Assembly: GCF_963921235.1 (NCBI RefSeq)
Contig: NC_086107.1
Span: 92,754,001 to 92,818,000, forward strand
DNA length: 64,000 bases
Reading direction: 5' to 3'
DNA from: Mobula hypostoma
Taxonomy: Eukaryota
The notes under the pieces are model-generated. The model searched no databases. It saw only the letters and a list, made by a program, of their open reading frames with translations, and was not told where the DNA came from. Each line of letters starts with the position of its first letter. The stretch's first letter is position 1. This document shows, in pieces, positions 24,581 to 35,590 of this stretch. The translations under genes and the position numbers were made by a program.

Positions 24581-24986
24581 AACATTGACTTCTCAAACTT
24601 CCACTAATGCCCCACCTCCCCCTCGTACCCCATCCGTTATTTATTTATATACACACATTCTTCTCTCTCTCTCCTTTTTCTCCCTCTGTCCCTCTCACTA
24701 TACCCCTTGCCCATCCTCTGGGCTTCCCCCCTCCCCCTTTCTTTCTCCCTAGGCCTCCTGTCCCATGATCTTCTTGTATCCCTTTTGCCAATCACCTGTC
24801 CAGCTCTTGGCTCCATCTCTCCCCCTCCTGTCTTCTCCTATCATTTTGGATCTCCCCCTCCCCCTCCAACTTTCAAATCTCTTACTAGCCCTTCTTTCAG
24901 TTAGTCCTGACGAAGGGTCTCGGCCCGAAACGTCGACTGTACCTCTTCCTAGAGATGCTTTCACCAACAACTTTTGTGTGTGTTGC
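24581..24986 (+). mobile_element. Young Penelope-like 3' terminal-repeat insertion
   Basis: 11-bp TSD TTGATTCCAAA (24570-24580 and 24987-24997); begins in the last GIY-YIG codons (NIDFSNF) and contains a hammerhead. Confidence 0.9.
24902..24939 (+). ncRNA. Minimal type I hammerhead ribozyme (Penelope-associated)
   Basis: Stem I UAGUC/GACUG, CUGACGA core, extra A, stem II GGGU-CUCG-GCCC, GAAA, palindromic ACGU in place of stem III, GUC cleavage triplet (cut after 24934). Confidence 0.8.
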
Positions 24987-25222
24987 TTGATTCCAAACAA
25001 TTGGTTTACTGATCATTACAGAATGTCTCTCTGGTGCTTCCCTCTCCCTCCCCTCTCCCTTCCCCCTTTTCCCAACCATGGTTTCCCCTCTCCCTGGCCC
25101 TTTCCCACTCTGTCTGCAATAGAGACCCATATCAGAATTAGTTTGATCATCACTCACTTATGTCATGAAATTTGTTTTTTTTTGTGGCAATATATAAAAT
25201 TACTACAGTGCTGTACAAAAGT

Positions 25223-25535
25223 TTTTTTTTAATAGGCATCCATTAGTCTTGTGAGACCATGGATTTGCGCCTTGCAAGGTTTCCAGGGCGCAGGCCTGGG
25301 CAAGGTTGTATGGAAGACCAGCAGTTGCCCATGCTGCAAGTCTCCCCTCTCCACGCCACCGATGTTGTCCAAGGGAAGGGCACGAGGACCCATACAGCTT
25401 GGCACCGGTGTCGTCGCAGAGCAATGTGTGGTTAGGTGCCTTGTTCAAGGACACACACGCTGCCTCAGCCAAGGCTCGAACCAGCAACCTTCAAATCACT
25501 AGACGAACACTTTAACCACTTGGCTATGCGCCGAC
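25223..25535 (-). mobile_element. tRNA-derived SINE with CORE/Meta-like central motif and poly(A) tail
   Basis: A-box TAGCCAAGTGG, B-box GGTTCGAGCC, GTCCTTGAACAAGGCACCTAAC; TSD ACAAAAGT (25215-25222 and 25536-25543). Confidence 0.88.
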
Positions 25536-26599
25536 ACAAAAGTACTGCGTGTATATATATATATGGGTGCCTAAGACATTTCCTCAGTACTGTACGTCTT
25601 TGGATGTGGAGGAAGGCCGAGCACCAGCAGTAAACCCATGCAGTCTCGGGGAGAATGTACAAACTCCTTACAGACAGCAGTTGAATTGAACCCCAATCTT
25701 ACAGGTAGTGCTGTAAAGCATTACTCTAACCACTATGCTAACATGCCATCCCTTGGCAGATTTAATTGCACACTGTAAGTTACCCTTCATGCGTAAATCT
25801 GGGCACAGGGAATAGGAATGTGGGGAGAATGAAATAAGTAAGGATAGGAGAGGTGTACAAATGGCTGCTTGCCAGTTTGCATAGTCTCAGTGGACCCAGG
25901 GGTCTATTTCTTGGCTATATCTCCATGCCATGTGTTCCCTTTCTCCCGATACCAGGACTGAGTGATTGGGATGGGCAGAAACCAGGCCACCCTCATCCCT
26001 GATAGCCCACTTCCTGGACCTGTGAGTGAGCACCTTATCAATGGGGGCTGCCTGTGGGGCAGACTTTGTCCAGCGCACCCACTCTCCCGGGGTTTAGGAT
26101 CTTTGGGCTGGGAACAAGCAATCAAAGTATGAGGAAAAGAATCCTCAAGAAATCACAATGGTTCACGAACAGCTTCTTCCGCTCCGCCATCAGATTTCTG
26201 AATGCTTAGAAAACTGATGGCAGAGAGGAAGAAGCTGTATCAGAAACACTGAGTGTGGATCTTCAGGCTCCTGTACCTCCTCCCCAATGATAGCAATGAG
26301 AAGAGGGCATGCTTTGGACTGTGCGCGATTACTGGCCTTCCACTTACCGTCACACTTCTGACACTGACACACCAAATGGAGATTGAAAACAAGAGGCCAT
26401 AATATTCCACTGAGCAGCTCACAGCGGCCTCCAGCAGATCGATCGGTTATTTAGTAATTCAATCCGACTTTGATTGTCTCTGTTTGAGCCAGCACTACAT
26501 CTGCATCTGTCAGCGGGCTGACATTCCACTATTAACCCCCGGAGTGCCGGAACGCCATTCCTGTCTCTTCAATACAAGCAAGGGGGATGAGGAGTGAGG

Positions 26600-27085
26600 T
26601 AGGTCAGCTGACTGAGCGGTGTCGCGGCAGCAAACCTCGCACTCAACATCAGCAAGACCAAGGAATTGATTGTGGACTTCAGGAAGAAACACTGCCAGTC
26701 CTCGTCGAGGGAAAGGATGAGCAGTTTGAAATTCCCAAGTGTCAACATCTCTGAGGATCTATCCTGGGCCCACGGATTGACGTGACCATGAAGAAGGCAC
26801 TTTAAGACATTTGGAATTTGAGGAGATTTGGTATATCTTGCAAATTCCTGCAGACGTACGGTGGAGCTCATTGTGACCTCTATGGAGTTTCCAATGCACA
26901 GGATCACAAGAGGATCCAGAAGGTTGTAGACTCGTCCAGCTCCAACACAGGCATTAGCCCCACCACCATCAAGGGCATCTTCAAGAGGCAGTGCCTTAGG
27001 AAGGCAGCATCCGTCATGAAGGACCCTCACCATTCCGACATGCCCAATACTACCGTCAGGGAGGAGGTACAGGAGCCTGAAGACT
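26600..27085 (+). mobile_element. Rex1/Babar LINE fragment
   Basis: LNISKTKELIVDFRK and SIKGIFKRQCLRKAASVMKDPHH-type remnants. Confidence 0.85.
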
Positions 27086-27167
27086 CAAAACGACTAGAAA
27101 CAATGCCAGCATCTTTGGCTGTACACCTGAACAGGTGTACACTTTAACCCTGCTTTCTAGTTCTTAA

Positions 27168-27920
27168 GGCTGATTTATACTTGTGCATCAAATCTACGCC
27201 GTAGGTACGGCGTAGCCGCGTACCCTACGCTGTACTTTACGCCGAACCCTAAGCTGTAGCCTAACGCGCACCTCTCCCAAAATGTAACTACGCGTCGCGG
27301 CGACGCAGACCACAACAACTGTGATTGGTCCACTTGGTAGCATCGCATTTCCTCCTACGCTGCAATAGCTTCCCATTGGGCGACTGAAGGGCAGGGAAGG
27401 AACTCTGGCTGCAATGCTTTCCGTAAAGCTTTACAGACCTCCGAAATTATGGAGGACCCTGTGCTTGATGCCAGTTTGTAGCTAGCTGCTACAGCCTGTT
27501 GACTTCCACCTGAAGCTAAAACTCGAATGGTGATTGCCAGTCTCAGAGTATACTGTGCATACACTGATGCGAAATAAATGGTTGGAGACGATGAACCAAA
27601 TCGTCAAATCTACCTGCCGACATCCAAAAATATTTGAAATGCATTTCCTCATCCATGTCTCTCAGTGGCCGAACAAGCACAGAAAATTCACCCTCCTTCA
27701 GTTTCAGTCGCCATTCTTTGAAGTTCGAGTTTCTTTGTGTTGAGTTTCAACACAAAGAAACTCAACACAGTGGCATAGACACCCCACCGCCAACTTGCGT
27801 TTTGGCGGTGAATTGCAAAGAGATGCAGACACACCAATGCACAAGTATAAATGCTCACAATGGCGTCGCCCACTTGCGTAGGCTACGGTGTAAGCTAGTA
27901 CGCACAAGTATAAATCAGCC
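27168..27920 (-). mobile_element. Non-autonomous PIF/Harbinger transposon with a transposase remnant
   Basis: 19-bp TIR GGCTGATTTATACTTGTGC...GCACAAGTATAAATCAGCC flanked by TTAA; internal [28 protein letters not shown]...EVCKAL resembles the Harbinger transposase HTH region. Confidence 0.88.
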
Positions 27921-28012
27921 TTAAATCTGAAACATTGACCATCCCCTGTCTCCGCAGACGCACCACAACACATTGCGCTCCTCCAGCAGTTTGCTGGCTT
28001 CATGATCCAAAC

Positions 28013-28221
28013 GAGCCAGCCGGTGGTGTAGCAGCGTCTGCATCGGATTTCAGGTGTGTGGTCCCAGGTTCAAATCCGGCCGGCTCCCTGCACGCTTTCC
28101 GTCCGCGCTGAGTCGAGCATCAAGCTAGCAACTGGACCTCAAAAAAAAAAGGACAGATGCTAAAGAAATGGCAAGGTTGCCACCCGATGCGCCACGAGGC
28201 GCGGAGAGGAACAACGACAAC
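28013..28221 (+). mobile_element. tRNA-derived SINE (family of 8629-8828)
   Basis: Same head and body, (CAA)n-like tail, imperfect TSD ATGATCCAAA/ATGCTCCAAA. Confidence 0.8.
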
Positions 28222-28968
28222 AATGCTCCAAATTCCAGCATTTGCGGTCAACTGAGTTACCTGTGAGCATGCCCATCTTTGGAATGTGGAAAGAAATCAG
28301 AGCCCCCGGGAGGAAATAGACAAGGTCACAGGGAGAACGTACAAACCCCACACAGACAGTGACCGAGGTCCCTGATGCTGTGGGGTAGTGGCTTTACTGC
28401 ACCATTACACCACCCAGCGACCCAACAGCAGGAGAGATAGTTTAGTGCAGTGGGACCTCAGGTGCCAATGAAAGGGCTGGAGGGGGCTTTAAGACCATAT
28501 TACATGGGAGTAGAAATAGACCATTTGGCCCATCAAGTCTGCTCCACTATTTCATCATGGCTGATTTATTTTCCCTCTGAACCACATTCTTCTGCCTTCT
28601 CCCAATCTTACTAATCAACCTCCCAATGATTTGTCCTCCGCAACCGAATTCCACAGAATCACCGTCCTCTGGCTAAAGAAATCCCTTCTCATCTCTGTTT
28701 TAAAGGGACGTTCCTCTATACTGAGTCTGTGCACTCTGGTCCTAGAGGAAACACACTCTTCACATCCACTCCATCTAGCATTTTCGCCCCACCCTATCTC
28801 CATCCTTTCTCCCTCAGCTTCTCACATGTGGACTCGAGGAGGGTGAACATAGAACACAGAACTGTACAGCACAGGAACAGGCCCTTCGGCCCATTATGTC
28901 TGTGCTGAACAGATTAGGTTTATTTTAAAGATTAGCTTTATTTGTCATATGTGCATCAATTCATCAAA

Positions 28969-28982
28969 TCTCTCTCTCTCTC

Positions 28983-29020
<38 letters not shown>

Positions 29021-29060
29021 CCCCCCACTCTCTCTCTCTCTCTCTCTCTCTCGCTCTCTC
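28969..29060. repeat. (CT)n microsatellite
   Basis: Interrupted CT dinucleotide run. Confidence 0.95.
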
Positions 29061-29942
29061 ACATAAGAAGATGGCGAGAATGGGAAAGGTACAAGCTGGA
29101 AGATGATACTCCATGTGTTTTCTAAAGTGGTAGTAATATCCCTAATTTATATTTTATTCCTTGGTCTATGAAGCATGCTTATTAAACACAAGAGATTCTA
29201 CAGATGCTGAATACTCAGAAAAAGACACACAGCAGTACAATGAGGAACTCAGCGGGCAAAACAGCATTTATGGAGAGGAATAAACTGTTGACATCTTGGG
29301 CTGAGCCCTTCACCGGGATGGCAAAGGAAGCGGGAAGAAGCCAGAATAAGAATGTGGGTTGTTGTAGAGTTATTGCTAGGAGTGGGTGTCTCTGTGATGG
29401 CCATACTTATGACTGGGTGGACCTGGTGAGGGAAAGATTTGTAAATGGGTTGGGTGGAATGCATGAGGATAATCCCAATGGAAGCTCCTGGAGCCTCCCC
29501 CAATTTACCCCCCCCCCCATTGAAAACAGGGGTGGGTGTAGACACCAGGGTAAATCCCAACATTTGCTTGGGGCACAGTATCTGCCAAATGTCACCAGAG
29601 GCAGAGAATAGTTGGAGGTTTCTATCCAAGAAGGCTCATTTGTTGAAGATGGGATAAGTACATGGATGGGAAGGGGTATGGGGTCCAGATGCAGGTCAAT
29701 GGGATGAGGCAGAGTAACACTTTGGCATGACTGGATGGGCCAGATGGCCTTTCTGTGTGGTAATGCTCTCTGACTCTGACTCTGTCACCTGTTCAAAGTT
29801 GGAGCTGACGAACTTCAAAGACACAACAGTACACCTTGCCTGGTTCCTTTGCACTGTTACTGTCTGGAGCTAACCGTGAGCCACTGCTAGGAACACAATC
29901 ACCTCTGGCTCGTTGATATCCTCAGGGAGGGAAGGAATATAT

Positions 29943-30562
29943 GATTGTGAAGACATGTAGTCCTCTTTTATTGTCATTTAGTAATGCATGCATTAAGAAA
30001 TGATACATTATTTCCTGCGGTGTGATACCACAAAACACAGGACAAACCAAGACTGAAAAAACTGACAAAACCACATAATTATAACATAATGTTACAAACA
30101 GTGTAAAAATACCATAACTTGATGAAGAAGTCCATGAGCACAGTAAAAGTTCAAAGGTTCTCAAATGTCCCACATCTCACACAGACGGGAGAAGGGAGAA
30201 AAACTCTCCCTGCCATGCCGACCACAGTCCGACTCTCAGTCATCCGAAAACTTCGAGCTCTGATCAGCTCTCCAACACCGAGTACTGAGCGCCACCTCTG
30301 TCCGAACGATTTGACCTCCTTCTCGGTCGCCAAAAACAGGCAAGTCCGGGGATTTTGAGGCCTACCCTCCGAAAGATTCACGACCACGCAGTAACGACAG
30401 CAGCAAACGGGCATTTCAGAAATTTCTCCAGATGTTCCTCTGTGCTTTCACGTCCATTCTCCATCAAATCAGTATTGTCCACAGCCCCTATTTAACAGAT
30501 ACGATATCATTTTTCACTGGACAGCTGCGCACGCACGGCGCACTGCCATCTTCTCCTCCCGC
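29943..30562 (-). mobile_element. ~620-bp non-coding non-autonomous retroposon (family of 60149-60793)
   Basis: Reverse complement is colinear with 60149-60793 from the GGAGGAGAAGATGG head to the AATGCATGCATTACTAAATGACAAT...CACAATC end. Confidence 0.85.
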
Positions 30563-30574
30563 CGACAGGCTATC

Positions 30575-31635
30575 CTTCATGGGAGGCTCATCCGGAAGGT
30601 TAAGATGCATGGTGAATTGGCCATTTGGATTCAGAACTGTCTTGCCCTTAGAAGACAGATTAGTGGACAAAGGGACTTAATCTAGCTGCAGTTCTATGAC
30701 TAGTGGTGTTCCGCAGGGATCTGTATTGGGACCTCTGCTGTTTGTGATGTTTATAACTGACATGGCTAAAAATGTAGATGGGTGGATTAGAAGTTTGCAG
30801 ATGATACGGAGATTAGTGGTGTTGTGGATAGCATAGAAAACTGGCAAAGAATACAATGAGACATAGATCAGTTGCAGATATGTGTGGAGAAATGGCAGAT
30901 GGAGTATAACCCGGCCAAATGTGAAGTGTTGCGCCTTGTAGATCAAATGCAGAGAGACAGTTCACTGTTAAGGGCAAGCGCCTTAACAGTGTTGATAAGC
31001 AGAGGGATCCTGGGGTCCAGGTTCATAGCTCCATGAATCTGGCCTCACAGGTTGATAGGGAGGTTAAGAAGGCACTGGGCATACTTGGCTTTATAGTTAG
31101 GCCAGGTTTGGAGTGTTGGATGCAGTTCTGGTTGTCCATTCTCAGAAGGGTGTCAAGGCGTTAGAGAGGGCGCAGAAGATGTTTACCGGAATGTTGCCCG
31201 GATTAGAAGGCATGTGCTATAATGACAGGTTGGACAAACTTAGGTTGTTTATTCTGGAGCAGCTGAAGATATTTATAAGATTATGAGAGACATAGATACA
31301 GTAGGCAGGCAGTATCTTTTTCCCGGAGTTGAAATACCTAATTCCAGAGGGCATGCATCTAAGGTGAGAGGGGATAATTTCAAAGGAGATATGAAGGGTG
31401 ATTTTTTTTACACAGGGAGCAGTGGATGTCTGGAATGCACTGCTGGGTGGTGGTAAAAGCAATAACATTAGAGACTTCTGAGATACATTTAGATAGGCAC
31501 ATGAATGTGAGGAAAATCCAGAAGGATATGGACAGTGATTAGTTTAGTTGGCCATCTGATTACTAATTTAATTGGTTCAGCAGAACATTACGGGCTGAAG
31601 GGCCTGTTCTTGTGCTGAACTGTCTACGTTCTATG
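30575..31635 (+). mobile_element. CR1 LINE ~1-kb 3' fragment including RT motifs (decayed)
   Basis: SGVPQGSVLGPLLFVMFI and KFADDT remnants, then C-terminus and 3' UTR with indels and stops. Confidence 0.92.
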
Positions 31636-31758
31636 GTTTTTACCCAGTCCAACCTGCACATGACTCCAGAACATCCTGAAATCCTCTCTGAAACTGGCCA
31701 GCAGCCACTGTTGAAGGGCAATCAGTGGTGGGCAGTAAACGCTCAGTTCAGTTCACAG

Positions 31759-31995
31759 TGTCGGGCACATGGCCAAGTGGTTAAGGTGTTCGTCTAGTGA
31801 TCTGAAGGTCGCTAGTTCGAGCCTGAGCTGCGGCAGTATGTTTGTACCCTTGAGCAAGGCACTTAATCACACATTGCTCTAGTCTGTGTGAGGAGTGGCA
31901 CCCCACACAGACTTCCAATCTGTGCCTTGTAAGGCATGAAAATGCCCGACGCAGGCCTCTCATGGTCTGAGTCGACGTTCCCTCCCTCCCTCCCC
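31759..31995 (+). mobile_element. tRNA-derived SINE with (CCCT)n tail
   Basis: Same head and core as 25223-25535; 11-bp TSD TCAGTTCACAG (31748-31758 and 31996-32006). Confidence 0.88.
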
Positions 31996-32224
31996 TCAGT
32001 TCACAGAACATAGAAGATTACAGCACATTACAACACCCTTTAACCAACTGTAAGATCAATCTAACCTTAACCTCCTACATACACCTCAATTTTACTATCA
32101 TCCAAGAGCCTATCTAAGAGTCTCTTAAACGTCCCTAATGTATCTCCTTCTAGCACCCCCTGGGCAGGGTGTTCCATGCACTCGCTGTGTAAAAAACCTA
32201 TCTCTGACATCCCCCTATACTTTC

Positions 32225-32656
32225 ATGTTTGCTTTTGTGTGCTGGGTAGCAGACACCAACAGAATCAACAAACTCATTCGTAAGGCCAATGATGTTGTGG
32301 GGATGGAACTGGACTCTCTGACGGTGGTGTCTGAAAAGAGGATGCTGTCCAAGTTGCATGCTATCTTGGACAATGCCTCCCATCCACTACATAATGTACT
32401 GGTTGGGCACAGGAGTACATTCAGCCAGAGACTCATTCCACCGAGATGCAACACAGAGCGTCATAGGAAGTCATTCCTGCCTGTGGCCATCAAACTTTAC
32501 AGCTCCTCCCTTGGAGGGTCAGACACCCTGAGCCAATAGGCATAATTTACATATTATTATTAATTATTTATGGTTTTATATTGTTATATTTATACTCTAT
32601 TCTTGGTTGGTGCAACTGTAACAAAACCCAATTTCCCTTGGGATCAATAAAGTATG

Positions 32657-32685
<29 letters not shown>
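32225..32685 (+). mobile_element. Young Rex1/Babar-type LINE 3' end with (TATC)n tail, nested in a CR1 fragment
   Basis: RINKLIRKA...HPLH...RHRKSFLPVAIKLY open frame; AATAAAGTATG(TCTA)n; TSD CTTTC. Confidence 0.88.
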
Positions 32686-32690
<5 letters not shown>

Positions 32691-34327
32691 CTTCAATCAC
32701 TTTAAAAGTGATTCAATCACTTGAAACACTTCAATCACTTTAATACCTTCGTATTAATCACTGGCTATTTACTCAATTTATGCCTCTTATCGTCGTTATA
32801 CGCTCTCATACTCTTCTGATCCCAAGGGAAAAACCCTAGCTCGCTGAGCCTATCCTCATAAGAAACATTCTCAAGTTCCTGAGCTATTAAAAAATTAATA
32901 CAGGCTACCATTTAATTAAACATAGCATACGTAGTGTAGCGCACAATTAACACATGAGGAGTGTTTGCTATCTTTGGGCCTGTACTTGATGGAGTTTAGA
33001 AGACTGAGGGTGGGGGGGGAATATCATTTAATCCTACCAGATACCAAAAATCCTGGATAGAGTGGATGTGGAGAGGATGTTTCCATTAGTAGGAATGAAC
33101 AGGACTAGATCGAACAGCTTCAGAATAAAGGGACATCCCTTTAAAACCGAGCTGAGGAGAAATTTCTTCAGCTAGAGGTGGTGAGTCTGTGGAATTTGTT
33201 GCCGCAGAGAACTGTGGAGACAAGCCATTGGATGTATTTAGGGTAGAGATTGGTAGGTTCTTGGTTGGCATGTGGGTTAAGGGTTACAGGGATGAGGCAG
33301 GAGAATGGGTGAAACAAGAAGTCAGCTTGGATTGAATGGCAGAGCAGTCTCAATGGACTGAATGGCCTAATTCAGCTCCTGTATCTTAAAGAACACTCAC
33401 ACATTGGGAGCCCTAAAACCCAGGTTTGAATTCCAGGTTTAGCACCTGGGGTAGTGTTCTGTCAGGTGCGCCATTTCTTGAAGAACTACCCCAGTGTCAA
33501 GAGCATATATTTACAATTCTGTGCAAAGGTCTTCGGCACTTGCAAAAAGATTTCTGGAAAGTGAAGATACTTTCAAAAAGAATGAAATGAAAAGTTTCTA
33601 AGTATCAAAAAAATACTATAAAGAGAGCAGTAAACAGTAAAAAAAACTAAATCAGATTAATATTTGATGTGACCAACCTTTGCCCTTAAAACTGCATCAA
33701 TTCTCTTAGGTACATCGTTGTGCAGTTTTATAAGAAAATCAGCTGGTAGGTTGCTCCAGGCATCTTGGAGAACTTGCCACAATTCTTCTGCAGACCTCAG
33801 CTGTCTCGTTTGCTTCTGCCTCTGCAGGTACTGTAATTCTGGATAGCCTCGGTGTTCTTGGAGGCGAGGGTGGAGTGCCATGAGAGGGGTGGCAAAAAAA
33901 GGAGTGCCAGGATGGGGGTAGGGGGGTGGTGAGGATGCAGACACCCCCAGCCCTGAGTCATGAGGCAAAGCTCTTTGATTCCAGACAACTGGCTTATTGA
34001 TCATTACAGAATGTCTCTCTGGTGCTTCCCTCTTCCTCCCCTCTACCTTCGCCTTTTCATAACCATGATTCCCCTCTCCATCTCCCCTTCCCACTCTCAC
34101 CCATATCAGAATCAGGTTTATCGTCACTCACATATGTCACGAAATTTCTTCTGTTTCGCGGCAGCATTATAGTGCAACACATAAAATTCCCATTGCTGCC
34201 TGTAAGTAGTTTGTACATTCTCCCTGTGACTGCATGGGTTTCCTCCGGGTGTTCCAGTTTCCTCCCACAGTCCAAAGACATGCCGATTGGTGGGTTAGTT
34301 TGCCATTGTAAATTGTCCCATGATTAG

Positions 34328-34895
34328 TCAATAGACAACAGGTGCAGGCGTAGGCCATTCAGCCCTTCGAGCCAGCATCACCATTCACTATGATCATGGC
34401 AGATCATCCACAATCAGCACCCTTTTCCTGCCTTCTTCCCATATCCCTTGACTCCGCTATCTTTAAGAGCTCTATCTAATTCTTTCTTGAAAGAATCCAG
34501 AGAATTGGCCTCCACTGCCTTCTGAGGCAGAGCATTCCACAGAACCACAACCCTCTGTGTGAAAAAGTTTTTCCTCAACTCCGTTCTAAATTGTCTACCC
34601 CTTATTTGTAAACTGTGGCCCCTGGTTCTGGACTCCCCCAACATCGGGAACATGTTTCCTGCCTCTAGCGTGTCCAATCCCTTAACAATCTTATATGTTT
34701 CAATCAGATCCCCTCTCATCCTTCTAAATTCCAGTGTATACAACCCCAGTCGCTCCAATCTTTCAACATATGACAGTCCCGCCATCCCGGGAATTAACCT
34801 TGTGAACCTACGCTGTACTCCCTCAATAGCTAGAATGTCCTTCCTCAAATTTGGAGACTCAAAACTGTACACAATACTCCAGGTGTGGTCTCACC
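34328..34895 (-). mobile_element. Young 5'-truncated CR1 nested in a V-domain SINE
   Basis: ORF 34414-34872 (EGVQRRFTRLIPG...FFTQRVV); TSD ATTAG (34323-34327 and 34896-34900). Confidence 0.95.
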
Positions 34896-35028
34896 ATTAG
34901 GCTAGGACTAAATTGAGGGGTGCTGGATGAGGCAGCTCAAAGGGTCAGAAAGGCATATTCTGCACTCTATCTCAGTAATTAAATCAAAATAAACCTTACT
35001 ACAATACTGTGGAAAAGTCTTAGGTGCC

Positions 35029-35087
35029 ATATATATATATACATATATATGTGTATATATATACATATATATATACACACACACATG

Positions 35088-35150
<63 letters not shown>
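35029..35150. repeat. Compound (TA)n/(TACA)n microsatellite
   Basis: Direct observation; lies between the TIRs of a mini-MITE. Confidence 0.95.
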
Positions 35151-35389
35151 CTATCTACACCTAAGACGTTTGTATAGTACTGTATGTATAATACATAACC
35201 TATTAACAATAAATTGTTGAGAATAAATAATATTAACAATAAATGCTCTCTATTGTAAGCTAGATGTGGGAGTTTGCTGGAGACAAATTGGCTGCTGGGT
35301 TTCCTTCATTATAACAGAACCATTTGCTTTAAAACACACTGAAATTCTATGAAGATTGCAAGAATTTCTTCCTTGTTTTGGAGAACAGA

Positions 35390-35590
35390 TTATCTAGTCA
35401 ATGAGGTTTTGTTACAGATTTGCTCATATATTAAAACCTGCAGCTAATTGAGTGTGGCAACATGAATCTTCCTGAGTAATTGCTGCCAACACTGACACAT
35501 CAAGATGTCATGAGTAATTGATGGACTCTTACCACCGATCTGTTCTTCAGTCACTGGACAAGATGTCTGTCAGCTCGTCATTGTGCCCCC
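35390..35590. promoter_or_regulatory. Candidate enhancer / conserved non-coding element
   Basis: Three TAATTG, TGATGGAC and TGACA/CTGTCA motifs in TE-free sequence. Confidence 0.3.

Larger units (their letters stand above)
24338..25592 (-). mobile_element. Composite Tc1-type element, copy B (reverse orientation) with two later insertions
   Basis: Mini-MITE 24338-24406, the same cargo as copy A reversed, second mini-MITE 25206-25592 split by a SINE; TA flanks; host SINE ATCCA-TA-CGTCTTTGG rejoins. Confidence 0.85.
33514..35182 (-). mobile_element. Chimeric copy C: Tc1 transposase 3' end + shared cargo + mini-MITE (35002-35182), with nested SINE and CR1
   Basis: TIR variant at 33514; EELWQVLQDAWSNLP...PKRIDAVLRAKVGHIKY Tc1 C-terminus; cargo ~33870-34190; right mini-MITE with expanded TA centre. 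Confidence 0.78.

Noticed and set aside
31759..31835. tRNA genes (also at 8629, 25460-25535 and 28013)
   Set aside because: A/B boxes continue into SINE bodies with TSDs; no proper acceptor stem.
33657..34127. 156-aa fusion ORF (cargo + Tc1 C-terminus) as a domesticated gene
   Set aside because: Lacks the DNA-binding domain and most of the catalytic core; most simply a chance in-frame junction.
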